Part shown: positions 1-10,700 of the stretch, piece by piece | How the letters are laid out: each line of letters opens with the position of its first letter | Numbering within the stretch: position 1 is the stretch's first letter | Assembly: GCA_965203325.1 (NCBI GenBank) | Contig: OZ241875.1 | Span: 992,001 to 1,056,000, forward strand | Reading direction: 5' to 3' | DNA from: a bacterium | Lineage (GTDB): Bacteria > UBA8248 | DNA length: 64,000 nt | The notes under the pieces: generated by a model | What the model saw: only the letters and a program-made list of their open reading frames with translations | Database searches by the model: none | Told to the model about the DNA's origin: nothing | Made by a program: the position numbers and the translations under genes

Positions 1-180
1 CTCGACGCTGTTCTCGAATGGTGGAAACGGAAGGGAGGCGGGAGAAAAGGCCGTCCTATGAATCGCGACGACTTCGTTCGCAAACGGAACCAGTATGCTT
101 CCGGCGTCGGTAAGTTGCAGCCCTACTGCCAAGTTACTGTGTGGTGGTTGGAGCAAAGGATCGCAAGGATGAAAGCATGA
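1..180 (+). CDS. 3' end of an unknown ORF, translationally coupled to hsdR
   Basis: Frame 1 is open from the window edge (LDAVLEWWKRK...LQPYCQVTVWWLEQRIARMKA*). Its TGA (178-180) overlaps the hsdR ATG at 177 (ATGA). Confidence 0.6.
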   Translation, partial: LDAVLEWWKRKGGGRKGRPMNRDDFVRKRNQYASGVGKLQPYCQVTVWWLEQRIARMKA

Positions 181-3100
181 GTATAACTCGTCATTCTGAA
201 GCTGACTTCGAAACCGCCATCGAAGCCCACCTTATAGGTAACGGTTATGTAGCAGTTCCCAGCAAAGGATTCGACCGCGAATGCGCGATCTTTCCCGATA
301 TAGTCCTAAGCTTCATCCGCGAAACCCAGCCAAAAGAGTGGGCCAGGTTGGAAAGACTGCACGGTGATAAAACCGGTGAGCAAATCCTCGGAGACCTGTG
401 TAAGTGGATGGATACGCATGGCGCGCTCGCTACACTCCGGCATGGTTTCAAATGCTATGGTCGAACGCTACGCACAGCATACTTCAAATCAGCGCACGGA
501 CTGAACCCTGAACTTGAGGCGCGCTATGCCACCAACTGCCTAGGGCTTTCCCGCCAACTTCATTTCTCGCCACGCTCGGAGCAGTCGCTCGATGTCACGC
601 TAAGCCTGAATGGTATCCCTGTGGTGACGATTGAACTAAAGAACCCTTTCACCGGTCAGACAGTCGAGGATGCCCGCCAGCAGTACCAGCGGGACCGCGA
701 TCCTCGTGAGCTCATTTTCGAGTTCAAACGCCGCACACTGGTGCATTTCGCTGCGGATACCGAAGCTGTACTCATGACCACCCGGCTGGCTGGTAAAGCG
801 ACTAATTTCCTACCTTTCGACAAGGGATTCGAAGGTAAGGCTGGTAACCCACCCGACCCGACCGGGAGAACATATCGCACGGCTTATCTGTGGGAAGAAG
901 TGTTGCAACGTGACAGTCTGCTCGACATTCTGGCCCGCTTCATTCACTTGCAGATCGACGAGAAGCGCGATGATCGGGGTAATAAGATCAAAATGGAAAC
1001 TATGATCTTTCCACGCTATCATCAGCTTGAGGCAGTACGGATGCTCGTGGCCGCCGCGCGCGAAGAAGGCGTGGGTCACAACTACCTCGTTGAACACTCC
1101 GCTGGTAGTGGCAAGAGCAACACCATTGGATGGCTTGCCCATCGACTTGCATCCCTGCACGACGCTACCAACGAGCGAGTTTTTGAGAGTGTGATCGTGA
1201 TCACGGATCGCGTCGTGCTCGATCAGCAACTCCAAGACACTATTTACCAATTCGAGCACAAGCGCGGTGTCGTAGAGCGCATCGACAGAAGCTCCCGGCA
1301 GCTTGCCGAGGCACTTGAAAGTGCGGTGCCGATCATCGTTACCACCTTACAAAAATTCCCGTTTGTTTCCCAACAGTTGCTGAAAATGGTCGAGGAACGC
1401 GGGGTAGATGGCATGGGAATGCTCCCAACCCGCCGTTGCGCCGTCATGGTAGACGAAGCTCATAGCTCTCAGGGCGGCGAAACTGCTACTGACCTGAAGG
1501 AAGTGTTGGGCGGTGAACTGCTGCGTGAAGAAGCCAGAATGCGCGCGTCCGAGGAAGGACAAGAAGACATGGAAGAATTGTTCCGCAGTATGGCTAAGCG
1601 AGGCAGGCAATCGAACCTAAGCTTCTTCGCATTCACCGCCACGCCGAAGCATAAGACTCTCTCCGTGTTTGGCCGCGACGGGAATCCCGTGCATCGCTAC
1701 ACTATGCGGCAGGCAATCGAGGAAGGATTCATCCTCGATGTGCTAAGGAACTACACTAACTATGAAACGTATTTCCGGCTACTTAAGGCATGTGGTGATG
1801 ATCCCAATGTAGAGCGTAAGAAGGCGGCACGAGCCTTGGCGCGCTTCATGCGGCTGCACCCGCATAACATCGCGCAGAAAACCGAGGTGATGGTCGAGCA
1901 TTTCCAAGCAGTAACGCGGCACAAGATCGGCGGCCGGGCCAAGGCGATGGTGGTGACGGGTTCACGCCTCGAAGCGGTTCGCTACAAGCAGAGCTTCGAC
2001 AAATATATTCAGGAGAAGGGCTACTCCATCAAGTCGCTGGTCGCTTTCTCTGGCACGGTTGAAGATGACAAGATCGAGGGTGTTACCTATACCGAGCCGA
2101 GCATGAACCGAGGCATCTCCGAGAAGGAACTGCCCGAGAAATTTGCGACGCAGGTTTACCAGGTATTACTTGTCGCTGAGAAATATCAGACTGGGTTCGA
2201 TCAGCCCCTACTGCACACGATGTATGTGGACAAACGCCTCGCTGGGATTCAGGCCGTGCAAACCTTGTCTCGGTTGAACCGCGTGCATCCACGCAAGGAA
2301 GACACATTTGTACTCGACTTCGTCAACGACCGCCAGGAGATACAAGAAGCTTTCAATGTATATTATGAAGGCGCCGAGATGGGTGAGGAGGTAGATCCGG
2401 CGCGCATGTACGAGATCAAAGATGATCTAGATGATTCGGGCGTTTATTTCAATGACGAAGTCGAGCAATTTTGCACGGTTTATTTCAAGCCGAAGCGCCG
2501 TCATAGTATCTTGGATCATCAAGCCATGAATGCTGCCCTCGATCCGGCGGTGTCGCGCTTCAGCAGTTGCTTGGACGAAAACGAGGAAGAGGCAGAAAAC
2601 TGGCGCGGAAAAGTTCAAGCGTACCGGAATTTGTATGGGTTTTTAAGCCAGATAATTCCTTACCAGGACTCCGATCTTGAGCGTCTGTACGTGTTTCTCC
2701 GCCACCTTGCAACTAAGTTGCCGCGTCGAAAGAACGGGTCCGCATACCGATTTGATGATGAAGTGCAGCTTGAATACTATCGTCTACAAAAAATTAACGA
2801 GGGTTCCATTCTACTCAGTGGAGGCGAAGCGCGTCCGCTCGACGGACCCACGGAACTCGGGTCTGGATTGGCGCGTTCACAATCCGTCCCGCTTTCACAG
2901 CTAATCGATATCGTGAATGAGCGCTTCGGTACAGACTTCAATCAGGCGGATCAACTCTTCTTCGACCAGGTTGTAGAAGAGGCAATGGCGAACAACGGGG
3001 TACGACAGGCGGCGGTCGTGAACCCCGGTGAAAAGTTCGAATTGGTGTTCAAAAATCTACTCAAGAATCTGTTCACAGAACGGATGGACCAGAACGAGGA

Positions 3101-3236
3101 GATATTTGTGCGATTTATGAACGACGAATCGTTTCAGAACGTAGTGACAAGCTGGATGTCATCAGAAGCGTACAGGCGCTTGAGGAGTGAAGTTGATGTG
3201 AACCTGGATCGCGAGGTAACCTTTGACCGACCATAA
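177..3236 (+). CDS. hsdR: Type I restriction enzyme R subunit
   Basis: Nuclease motif LDVTLSLNGIPVVTIELKN; Walker A HSAGSGKS; DEAH; FTATP; QTLSRLNR. Start placed at the ATG at 177 from the ATGA overlap. Confidence 0.95.
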   Translation: MSITRHSEADFETAIEAHLIGNGYVAVPSKGFDRECAIFPDIVLSFIRETQPKEWARLERLHGDKTGEQILGDLCKWMDTHGALATLRHGFKCYGRTLRTAYFKSAHGLNPELEARYATNCLGLSRQLHFSPRSEQSLDVTLSLNGIPVVTIELKNPFTGQTVEDARQQYQRDRDPRELIFEFKRRTLVHFAADTEAVLMTTRLAGKATNFLPFDKGFEGKAGNPPDPTGRTYRTAYLWEEVLQRDSLLDILARFIHLQIDEKRDDRGNKIKMETMIFPRYHQLEAVRMLVAAAREEGVGHNYLVEHSAGSGKSNTIGWLAHRLASLHDATNERVFESVIVITDRVVLDQQLQDTIYQFEHKRGVVERIDRSSRQLAEALESAVPIIVTTLQKFPFVSQQLLKMVEERGVDGMGMLPTRRCAVMVDEAHSSQGGETATDLKEVLGGELLREEARMRASEEGQEDMEELFRSMAKRGRQSNLSFFAFTATPKHKTLSVFGRDGNPVHRYTMRQAIEEGFILDVLRNYTNYETYFRLLKACGDDPNVERKKAARALARFMRLHPHNIAQKTEVMVEHFQAVTRHKIGGRAKAMVVTGSRLEAVRYKQSFDKYIQEKGYSIKSLVAFSGTVEDDKIEGVTYTEPSMNRGISEKELPEKFATQVYQVLLVAEKYQTGFDQPLLHTMYVDKRLAGIQAVQTLSRLNRVHPRKEDTFVLDFVNDRQEIQEAFNVYYEGAEMGEEVDPARMYEIKDDLDDSGVYFNDEVEQFCTVYFKPKRRHSILDHQAMNAALDPAVSRFSSCLDENEEEAENWRGKVQAYRNLYGFLSQIIPYQDSDLERLYVFLRHLATKLPRRKNGSAYRFDDEVQLEYYRLQKINEGSILLSGGEARPLDGPTELGSGLARSQSVPLSQLIDIVNERFGTDFNQADQLFFDQVVEEAMANNGVRQAAVVNPGEKFELVFKNLLKNLFTERMDQNEEIFVRFMNDESFQNVVTSWMSSEAYRRLRSEVDVNLDREVTFDRP

Positions 3237-3409
3237 CCGGGCTTAGGCTGCCGCCGATAATGTCGTTCCTTTCATGGCCCTTCAGTTAATCGCAACCTAT
3301 ATTCATCTTCGAGTTTGCTACACTTGCGGGCTACCAAGGACCGATCCCGGGAAAAATACATTACGAAGGACACTGCTAAGCACTGAAAGACTGGAGAAAC
3401 TCACAGAAA

Positions 3410-6400
3410 ATGGCAAAATCTGATGACAAAGCGGCGCGGATTCCCCTGCGACACCTCTCGGTACGCGTTCCATGGCACGATGCAGGCTGGGATGGGACGG
3501 TTTGCCAATTTCCGCGAAAAAACGCGAGTTGCCTCGCTTTGAACAGGATCGGAGCGATGAAAGACGATGATCTGGACGAGCTGCATGCAGGTAAGCATCT
3601 CGATCAGATACCACCGACCCAAGTACCGCCCTGCTTTACCGAACGGGTCAACTTCCTCTCTTCTCGTGCCCAGCAGCGGCTTGCTCATCACGCCTATTCG
3701 GATACGAGCGATCACCACAGCCACATATCCGACACATCATTCAGACATCCACCCTTCTCGGCGGCGGCAACACCGTACGGTTGGATGCTCAAGGAGAAAG
3801 CATGGGGAAAGGAATGGAAAAAAGGCGTAATCGACAGCCAGTCGATTGCCGAACGTTACGGCATAGAAGCACATCCAGAGTTCGAACCTGAAGAGCCCGA
3901 CTGGCTTGAAAGCAGGCCATGGATTCAGGGCGACAGGAATCAGAAAGCATTGCTCAATGCGTTCTTTGACGCGCTGAAACCGGAACGCAGTCTGGTATTC
4001 ATCTACGCAAAACGCACGCCACTGACCGACGATGAGCAGTGGACCATTATCGGAGCCGGGCGCGTTACAGCGATCGGGGATCTTGAGGAATGGGATTATG
4101 ATCCACAAAATCACAATGGACTGCGCTCCTATCTCTGGGAACGTTCCGTCCGCCACAGCATCAGGCTAGATGGCGATAACGGCGTGCTGTTGCCGTATCA
4201 TGATCTTCTTAGACGTTATGATGATGATTCGAGCATGGATCCGAGTGATTGCATCGCGTTCGTGCCAAAGGAGTACCGGAAGGAGTTTTCCTATGCAAGC
4301 GAACACGTGTCGTCGGGGACCGCCATTGCCGCACTGCTCTCGATTAAAGGGGCATTGTCAAACTATGCTCAACGCTTTGGAGGCGATTGGACACGGCAAC
4401 TGAAATGGATCGATCAGTGTCTCGGTGAGCTCTGGACGTTGCGCGGACCCTATCCCGGTCTTGGTTCCGTGCTATGCGCTATGGGTGTCGAGTACGGATA
4501 CCAGCTCGCGTACTACTGTTGGGACAAGGCTGGCGAAAAAGGCGATCCGTGGGAGGTTCTCGCAGCGCTTGTCAGGAATCCGAAGAAACTCCCGGCCGAC
4601 TTGAAGACACAGGTTGACGGATTTACTGACGTCTGGAAGTACCTTGCTAGTGAAAAAGGTAGGACACGGCTAGCCCTTGCAAAGTTGCTGGCTCGATTTG
4701 ACATCACCGGGCAGCAGGCTGAACGCTGGTGGGATCAGTCCGCGCGCAATCGCTCCGTTCTTCGGATTGACAACGAAGAGATCACCGACCGGGCGATTCT
4801 ACGGAATCCCTATCTGATCTACGAATGTGACCGGTATCAATTTGGACCGATTGCATTCCGCACCATTGATCAAGGGGTCTTTCCAGAACGGGCGATCGCA
4901 ACAGTCCATCCCCTTCCCGAGCCTTCTGCAATCAAGGGACCTGTCGATGGCCGGCGTTTACGCGCTGCCACCGCCGCGATACTAGAAGGTGCAGCGGAGG
5001 ACGGACATACGTTGATGGCACGTGAAGAAATTATCGCTCAGATCCGCGAACTGAATCTGAGTCCGGCTCTACCAGCAACGGACGACCTTTATGAAATCCA
5101 TGGAAAGCGCCTCACACCGGTTCTCGAAAGTTGCAACCTAGAAGACGGCAAGCCTGCCTACCAATTGGATCGTCTCCACATCACCCGTAAGCTGATTGCG
5201 TCCACAGTGCGCAGACGCGTCAAGATGGGCAAACGTCATAGTGTCGATATTGACTGGCGAAAACAGCTTGACTGTGAATTCAAGGATGAATTGCCCCCCA
5301 AAGGCTCGCTTGAGGACCGACGTCGTCATGAAAAGGCAGCCGCCCTTCGGGAAATCTCCGCTTCACGGTTTTCGGTGCTGATCGGCAAAGCCGGAACGGG
5401 AAAGACTACGCTATTAAAGTTTCTCTGCGAAGCTCCACCGATCAATCAGCGTGGCATATTGCTCCTTGCACCAACGGGAAAGGCTCGCGTGCGATTGCAG
5501 CAGGAAACCGGCATGGAAGCCCACACGATCGCGCAGTTTCTACGGCCAAGGCGGTACGACGATACTACACAGAGATACAAGGTGATTGGTGACATCGAGC
5601 GGTCGTCCACCTATAAGACTGTAATCGTGGATGAAGCATCGATGCTCACTGAGGAGCAGCTTGCTGCACTAATTGACTCACTCAGCGCTGTGGAACGGAT
5701 CATTCTAGTTGGCGATCCAAGTCAGCTCCCACCAATTGGGGCCGGCCGCCCCCTCGTTGACATCGTCAAGCTCCTTACCCCGGCGAATCTCCCTGCAGGA
5801 CGGCCACGTATAGGGACAGGCTATGCCGAACTGACACTTGGCAGCCGGCAGAAAGGCGCGCAGCGGCTAGACCTGGAATTTGCGGAACTATTCAGTGGCC
5901 GAGCGGCCGGTCCTGCCAGCGATGCGATCATCGGATTGCTCGCGCAAGGCGATTGCGGTCCGCATTTGCGGGTGTGCTCGTGGTCCACTCCTACTGAGTT
6001 GGCCACAATGCTACCTCAGATAATCAGCGAAGAGCTGAAGCTTGATCCTGCCGACGTTGAAAAGTCATTTGCGCTCAAAGCTCTCGGCGGCACTGAAAGT
6101 GGTGGATATCTCTATTTCAACTTCTGGTCTTCTGGCCACGCTGCGGATGGTTGGCAGGTGCTGTCTCCAGTGAAGGGTGAAGCAGCTGGAACCATCATTT
6201 TAAACCGGCTAATCCAACGTGGGTTCCGGCCGGAAATGCGGAAGTTTGCAACACCCAAAGATCGGCGATTCGCAAAGATAGCAACACCGATGGGTGCCGA
6301 CGGTATTGTCTATGGCGACAAGGTGATAAATCTACGCAACCACCGTCGGCACTCGGTTTTCCCGAAAGAACTCGACGACGGGACGCAGCCTCTCAAGTAT

Positions 6401-7204
6401 GTTGCCAACGGCGAAATCGGGATCGTTACTGGACCCTTCAAAAAACGAGGCAGCAAGGTCAGCCTAGATCAACTCAAAGTGACGCTTTCGTCACAGCGGG
6501 GATACGAGTACAGCTATTGGGCTAGTGATTTGGATGAAGACCAAAGGCTACTGGAACTGGCCTATGCCCTCACAGTACACAAGGCACAGGGGAGCGAATT
6601 CAACATGGTATTCGTCGTCCTGCCAAATCCCTGCCGAATCCTGTCTCGCGAACTCCTCTACACCGCATTCACGCGCCAAGAAACACGACTCGTTCTCTTT
6701 TGCCAGGATGAAGCACACAAACTCTTGGATTACCGCCATCTGTCCGATACAGCACGCCGCCTCACCAACCTGTTTGAAGCTCCTGAGCCGGTGCAGGTCG
6801 GAAAACACGCGTACGATAATAAGCACATTCATCGCTCACGCCGCGGTGAACTCATGATCTCAAAATCCGAAGTCATTATCGCAAACGAGCTTGCAAACGC
6901 CGGTATCGTCTATGAATACGAACGGCCGTTCATTGGAACGGATGGAACGCCGAGGCGCCCGGACTTCACCATTGAGGATGCCGATACAGGGCTCACTTGG
7001 TACTGGGAACATCTCGGAATGCTTGGCAACCTCGAATATGATGAAAAATGGAAGGCAAAACTAAAATGGTACCGCGAGAACGGAATCATCTTGGATCAGG
7101 AAGGAGGCGGTGAAAATGGGACATTGCTTACCTCGAGTGAAAGGGAAGGGATAGATCACGACCAGATTGCACGTCTCATAAGGAAGATCAAAGAAGGCGA
7201 ATAG
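3410..7204 (+). CDS. RecD-like SF1 helicase with long N-terminal region and C-terminal PD-(D/E)xK-type nuclease domain
   Basis: GKAGTGKT, LAPTGKA, IVDEASM, LVGDPSQLPPIG, YALTVHKAQGSEF, LLYTAFTR. C-terminal SKSEVIIANEL...PDFTI...YWEHLG nuclease-like motif. GGAG SD upstream. Confidence 0.85.
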   Translation: MAKSDDKAARIPLRHLSVRVPWHDAGWDGTVCQFPRKNASCLALNRIGAMKDDDLDELHAGKHLDQIPPTQVPPCFTERVNFLSSRAQQRLAHHAYSDTSDHHSHISDTSFRHPPFSAAATPYGWMLKEKAWGKEWKKGVIDSQSIAERYGIEAHPEFEPEEPDWLESRPWIQGDRNQKALLNAFFDALKPERSLVFIYAKRTPLTDDEQWTIIGAGRVTAIGDLEEWDYDPQNHNGLRSYLWERSVRHSIRLDGDNGVLLPYHDLLRRYDDDSSMDPSDCIAFVPKEYRKEFSYASEHVSSGTAIAALLSIKGALSNYAQRFGGDWTRQLKWIDQCLGELWTLRGPYPGLGSVLCAMGVEYGYQLAYYCWDKAGEKGDPWEVLAALVRNPKKLPADLKTQVDGFTDVWKYLASEKGRTRLALAKLLARFDITGQQAERWWDQSARNRSVLRIDNEEITDRAILRNPYLIYECDRYQFGPIAFRTIDQGVFPERAIATVHPLPEPSAIKGPVDGRRLRAATAAILEGAAEDGHTLMAREEIIAQIRELNLSPALPATDDLYEIHGKRLTPVLESCNLEDGKPAYQLDRLHITRKLIASTVRRRVKMGKRHSVDIDWRKQLDCEFKDELPPKGSLEDRRRHEKAAALREISASRFSVLIGKAGTGKTTLLKFLCEAPPINQRGILLLAPTGKARVRLQQETGMEAHTIAQFLRPRRYDDTTQRYKVIGDIERSSTYKTVIVDEASMLTEEQLAALIDSLSAVERIILVGDPSQLPPIGAGRPLVDIVKLLTPANLPAGRPRIGTGYAELTLGSRQKGAQRLDLEFAELFSGRAAGPASDAIIGLLAQGDCGPHLRVCSWSTPTELATMLPQIISEELKLDPADVEKSFALKALGGTESGGYLYFNFWSSGHAADGWQVLSPVKGEAAGTIILNRLIQRGFRPEMRKFATPKDRRFAKIATPMGADGIVYGDKVINLRNHRRHSVFPKELDDGTQPLKYVANGEIGIVTGPFKKRGSKVSLDQLKVTLSSQRGYEYSYWASDLDEDQRLLELAYALTVHKAQGSEFNMVFVVLPNPCRILSRELLYTAFTRQETRLVLFCQDEAHKLLDYRHLSDTARRLTNLFEAPEPVQVGKHAYDNKHIHRSRRGELMISKSEVIIANELANAGIVYEYERPFIGTDGTPRRPDFTIEDADTGLTWYWEHLGMLGNLEYDEKWKAKLKWYRENGIILDQEGGGENGTLLTSSEREGIDHDQIARLIRKIKEGE

Positions 7205-7722
7205 GGTCGGTGACTTTCTCGCCAGTTCTTCTTTAGAGTGCTCTTCAATATTAAGTGATACATTGGGGGCCCCAACTTTTGAGGATATCAATCTTTCTCC
7301 ATTATGCAGAGCACATTTCTTCCAGGGATTCCATTTGTTTCAATAGAGGCAGCTTCTGAGTTTCTTCACGCAGTTTATGCGCATACTTGGGGTTGATATT
7401 TGAAATGTCGCATCCGGAAATGATCTATCTTGTTGAACTTCTGCACGCTCGCACAAACTCTTTGAAATACTAATTCCAGCTTAGATTAGAATTCCGCAGG
7501 ATTTCGATAAACCTCACATCCCTGTTCAAACAGACAGTCATGTTCCTTGGTTAAACTCCCCGTTAAAAATAAAAATTTTCAGGATTTCTCAAGGGATTCC
7601 AGGGGGGTTAACGGCCCTATTTCGGACACTAACAAACACAATCAGGAGTTCACAACATCTAATGCGAGCAAGGAAATTGCCAAATTACTATTGAAATATT
7701 CCACTAGATTGCATTTTAATAA

Positions 7723-7779
7723 AATATTGAAAAATTTATTTATATGTACCATAATGGTCAATAAATATTTTTCAATGTT
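7723..7779 (+). promoter_or_regulatory. sigma70-like promoter overlapped by an inverted repeat (candidate operator)
   Basis: TTGAAA (7727-7732), 17 bp, CATAAT (7750-7755). Imperfect IR arms at 7723-7740 and 7760-7779, with a central ACCAT-A-ATGGT palindrome over the -10. Confidence 0.55.
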
Positions 7780-7792
7780 GATGAGGTCAAGT

Positions 7793-10700
7793 ATGGCGAA
7801 AAATAAAAACGAAATCACTCCTGAGGAAATCCGTGCAATTCGAGAGCATCTCGGCCTCTCGCAGGTTGAAGCCGGAGAACTGTTGGGTGGTGGCCCGCGC
7901 GCTTTCACGAAGTACGAGGCGGGTACCATAAAACCCTCCGCTTCTGTCATCAATCTGCTGCGGCTTTTGGAGGCCAATCCGGCTATGGCCGCCAGTCTGC
8001 AAGGAAAGAAATCTACTCCCATGCGCACCACAACTGGAATTCATCCATTTGAGGTGACGGGTGAACATATAGCAGCCCTCTCCGCGCAAGCTTTTCCTAT
8101 GCTTTTGCGACGCTTACTGCACGCGGAAGCCCAAACCAATGGTCTTCCCACTGACGGAATTCATGTGGCCAGCGGGATTACCACTCCCGATGGAGGCGAG
8201 GACGGACGGATCACATGGGAAGACGGCCCCGACCGTACTCCATACCTCCCCTCACGGCTCTGTCAATTCCAGTTAAAGGCCGGAAAAATCTTGCCTGCCA
8301 AGGCGGGGCGCGACGTCTTGACAACAGCGGGAAGGGTCAAAGATATGGTCCGTTCGGCCGTCGAGTCCGGTGGCCACTACATCATGCTTTGTGCTCATCC
8401 TTATGTTCAAAAGCAAATCGAAGAGCGGCAAACACGTATCCGGCAGGCACTCCGCGGCGCCTGCATGACTATCGACGACCAGCAAGTACGGTTTCTCGAT
8501 GCCGATCAAATCGCCGCCTGGACGAACAGCCATCCCGCTGTAGCAATATGGACCAAGGAGCAAACTCAACCGGGAACCGTCGGCCCTTTTCGATCCTGGC
8601 TTCACTGGGCGGGCCGCGCAGAGCACGAGCGCTCTCCCTGGGTGGAGGACGAACGTCTTCCCCCGCTGCAAGAACAACTGTGCGCACATGTTACGAAACC
8701 GCATGGCAGAGTACGCGTAGTCGGACTATCCGGTGTCGGCAAATCAAGACTGGTTCTTGAAGCTCTTGATCGTGTCGAGGAAGGAGGCGGTTTTTTCAAA
8801 GACATCGTTCTCTATGCCGACGAATCCCAGGTTGATCCTTTAGCCATCAAAAGCGTTGTGCAATGCTGGGTGGATATGGGAGTGCGAGTTGTAGTGATTG
8901 TCGATCGCTGTCCTCCTGAGTCTCATGAGGCACTTGTCGACATGATTTTGCGAAGCGATAGTCGTCTCTCGTTGATTACCATCGACAACGAGCTTCCCGA
9001 CGGAACGCCGGATAAAACGACGTTTAGGGTGGGCAAAGCGCCGCTTTCCGTCATCGAAGCCCTTATCAATCAAGTCTTGCCTGACCTGCCGTCCGAGGAC
9101 CAGCGCCGGATCATACATTTCTCCAAGGGTTTTCCTGGGATCGCGATCCGCGTTGGTCAGGCATGGGCTGAATCCATACCCGTTGCCCACGCAACAGACG
9201 ACCATATGGTCAAAGTCTTTGTTCAAGGGCGCAGTAACCATGAGCCTGAGTTGTTGCTCAAATCGGCGAAGCTACTGGCTACATTTGGCCTGACCACGAT
9301 AGAGCATTCAAATGGTGGCCAACTAGAGGAAATAGCGACGCGAGGACGTGGCCTAACGGCTGCCGACTTACATGCCGCTATAAAAAGGCTTGTCGATCGA
9401 GGAGTCGCCCAAAGGCGAGGAAGGCTTGTCACCCTCCAGCCCCGTTCAATCGCCCTGAAACTGGCCGAGAGCCAGTGGCGAGAGTGGAGTCGAGACGATT
9501 GGGATAGAGTTTTGACCGGTGACACCAGTCCCAACCTCAAAATTTCGGCGGCCCGACAGCTCAGTTTGCTCAACACGACCGATGTCTCCCAGGAAGTGGT
9601 GGTCCATATCTGCCGTCCTGGGGGACCCTTCGATGATCTTGAGGGAATTTTCCGTCCCGGCCACGCGGAGGTGCTATCGGCACTTGCTGAAATCAATCCC
9701 GAGATTGTCGTGCGGCAAATCGAGCACTCTCTAGCCGATGTCAAAGACCTTTCGGACATCAAAGGCGATATACGCTGGAACCTTGTTTGGGCACTGGAGA
9801 AGATTGCCTTTCGTTCCGAGACTTTCGAGGATGGTGCCCGCCTCTTGCTACGCCTCGCAATCGCTGAAAATGAGCAACGCATGGGCAACGACGCCACTTC
9901 TTCCTTTAAAGCGCTTTTTCCCGTGCTTGCTAGCAATACTGAGGCCGACGGCCGTATGCGGCTTTCGTTTCTGGACGATGTGGTTAATACCGACGATCCA
10001 CTAGAACGCTCGATTATCGTCCAGGCTCTGGTCGCTGGCTCCAAGACAGACCATTTCCACCGACAAGTGGGTGCGGAAATTCACGGATCCAGCCCGGCTT
10101 TGGATGATTGGCGTCCAGCAACGAACGAGGAGGCAACAGATTACATCAGTGGCTGTGTGATACGCCTTACCGAATTCGCCAGGCGAGACGATGAGTCCGG
10201 CATAGCTGCGCGCATAGGGCTTGGTCATCACCTGCGCTCATTGGTTTCCCATGGCTTTATTGACACCGTGGAGACAGTAGTCGAGCGAGTTTGCGGAGAG
10301 GCCAGTGAGTGGGTAGAAGCACTGGAAAGCCTCGGCCATTTTCTTGAATACGATGTTTCCGAAACAGAGCACGAAATGATTGCTCGGATCAAAACGCTGA
10401 TGGCTGATCTGCAACCGAAAGACTTGGAATCACGTGTGCGCTTCCTCGTTACCGAGATGCCGTGGGACTTTCCTTGCGGAGAAAAACTGGACTTCGAGAC
10501 GAACGACAAGCGCAAAGCCGAGGCTGTTAACACCCTGGCAGTCGAGATTGTTGAGCAGCCAGAAATTCTGGAAAAAGTCTTGCCTCAGATCAGCCGGGGC
10601 CAGCAGCGGATGGCCCCTCTTTTCGGACAATCCATTGCCAAGGCTACTAATTCTCCCCTGGACTGGCTGGAGCGAATCATCCTGGCGGTTTCAGAAACAC

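Noticed and set aside
7302..7541. Minus-strand 80-codon frame with an SD and two in-frame TAG codons, divergent from the HTH-STAND gene (possible amber recoding or lost mqsR)
   Set aside because: No recognisable homology, TAG is a normal stop in neighbouring genes, and no pyl genes are seen. At most a decayed ORF.
7547..7792. 82-aa N-terminal extension of the STAND protein
   Set aside because: It runs through the AT-rich promoter region; the SD and HTH start support the ATG at 7793.
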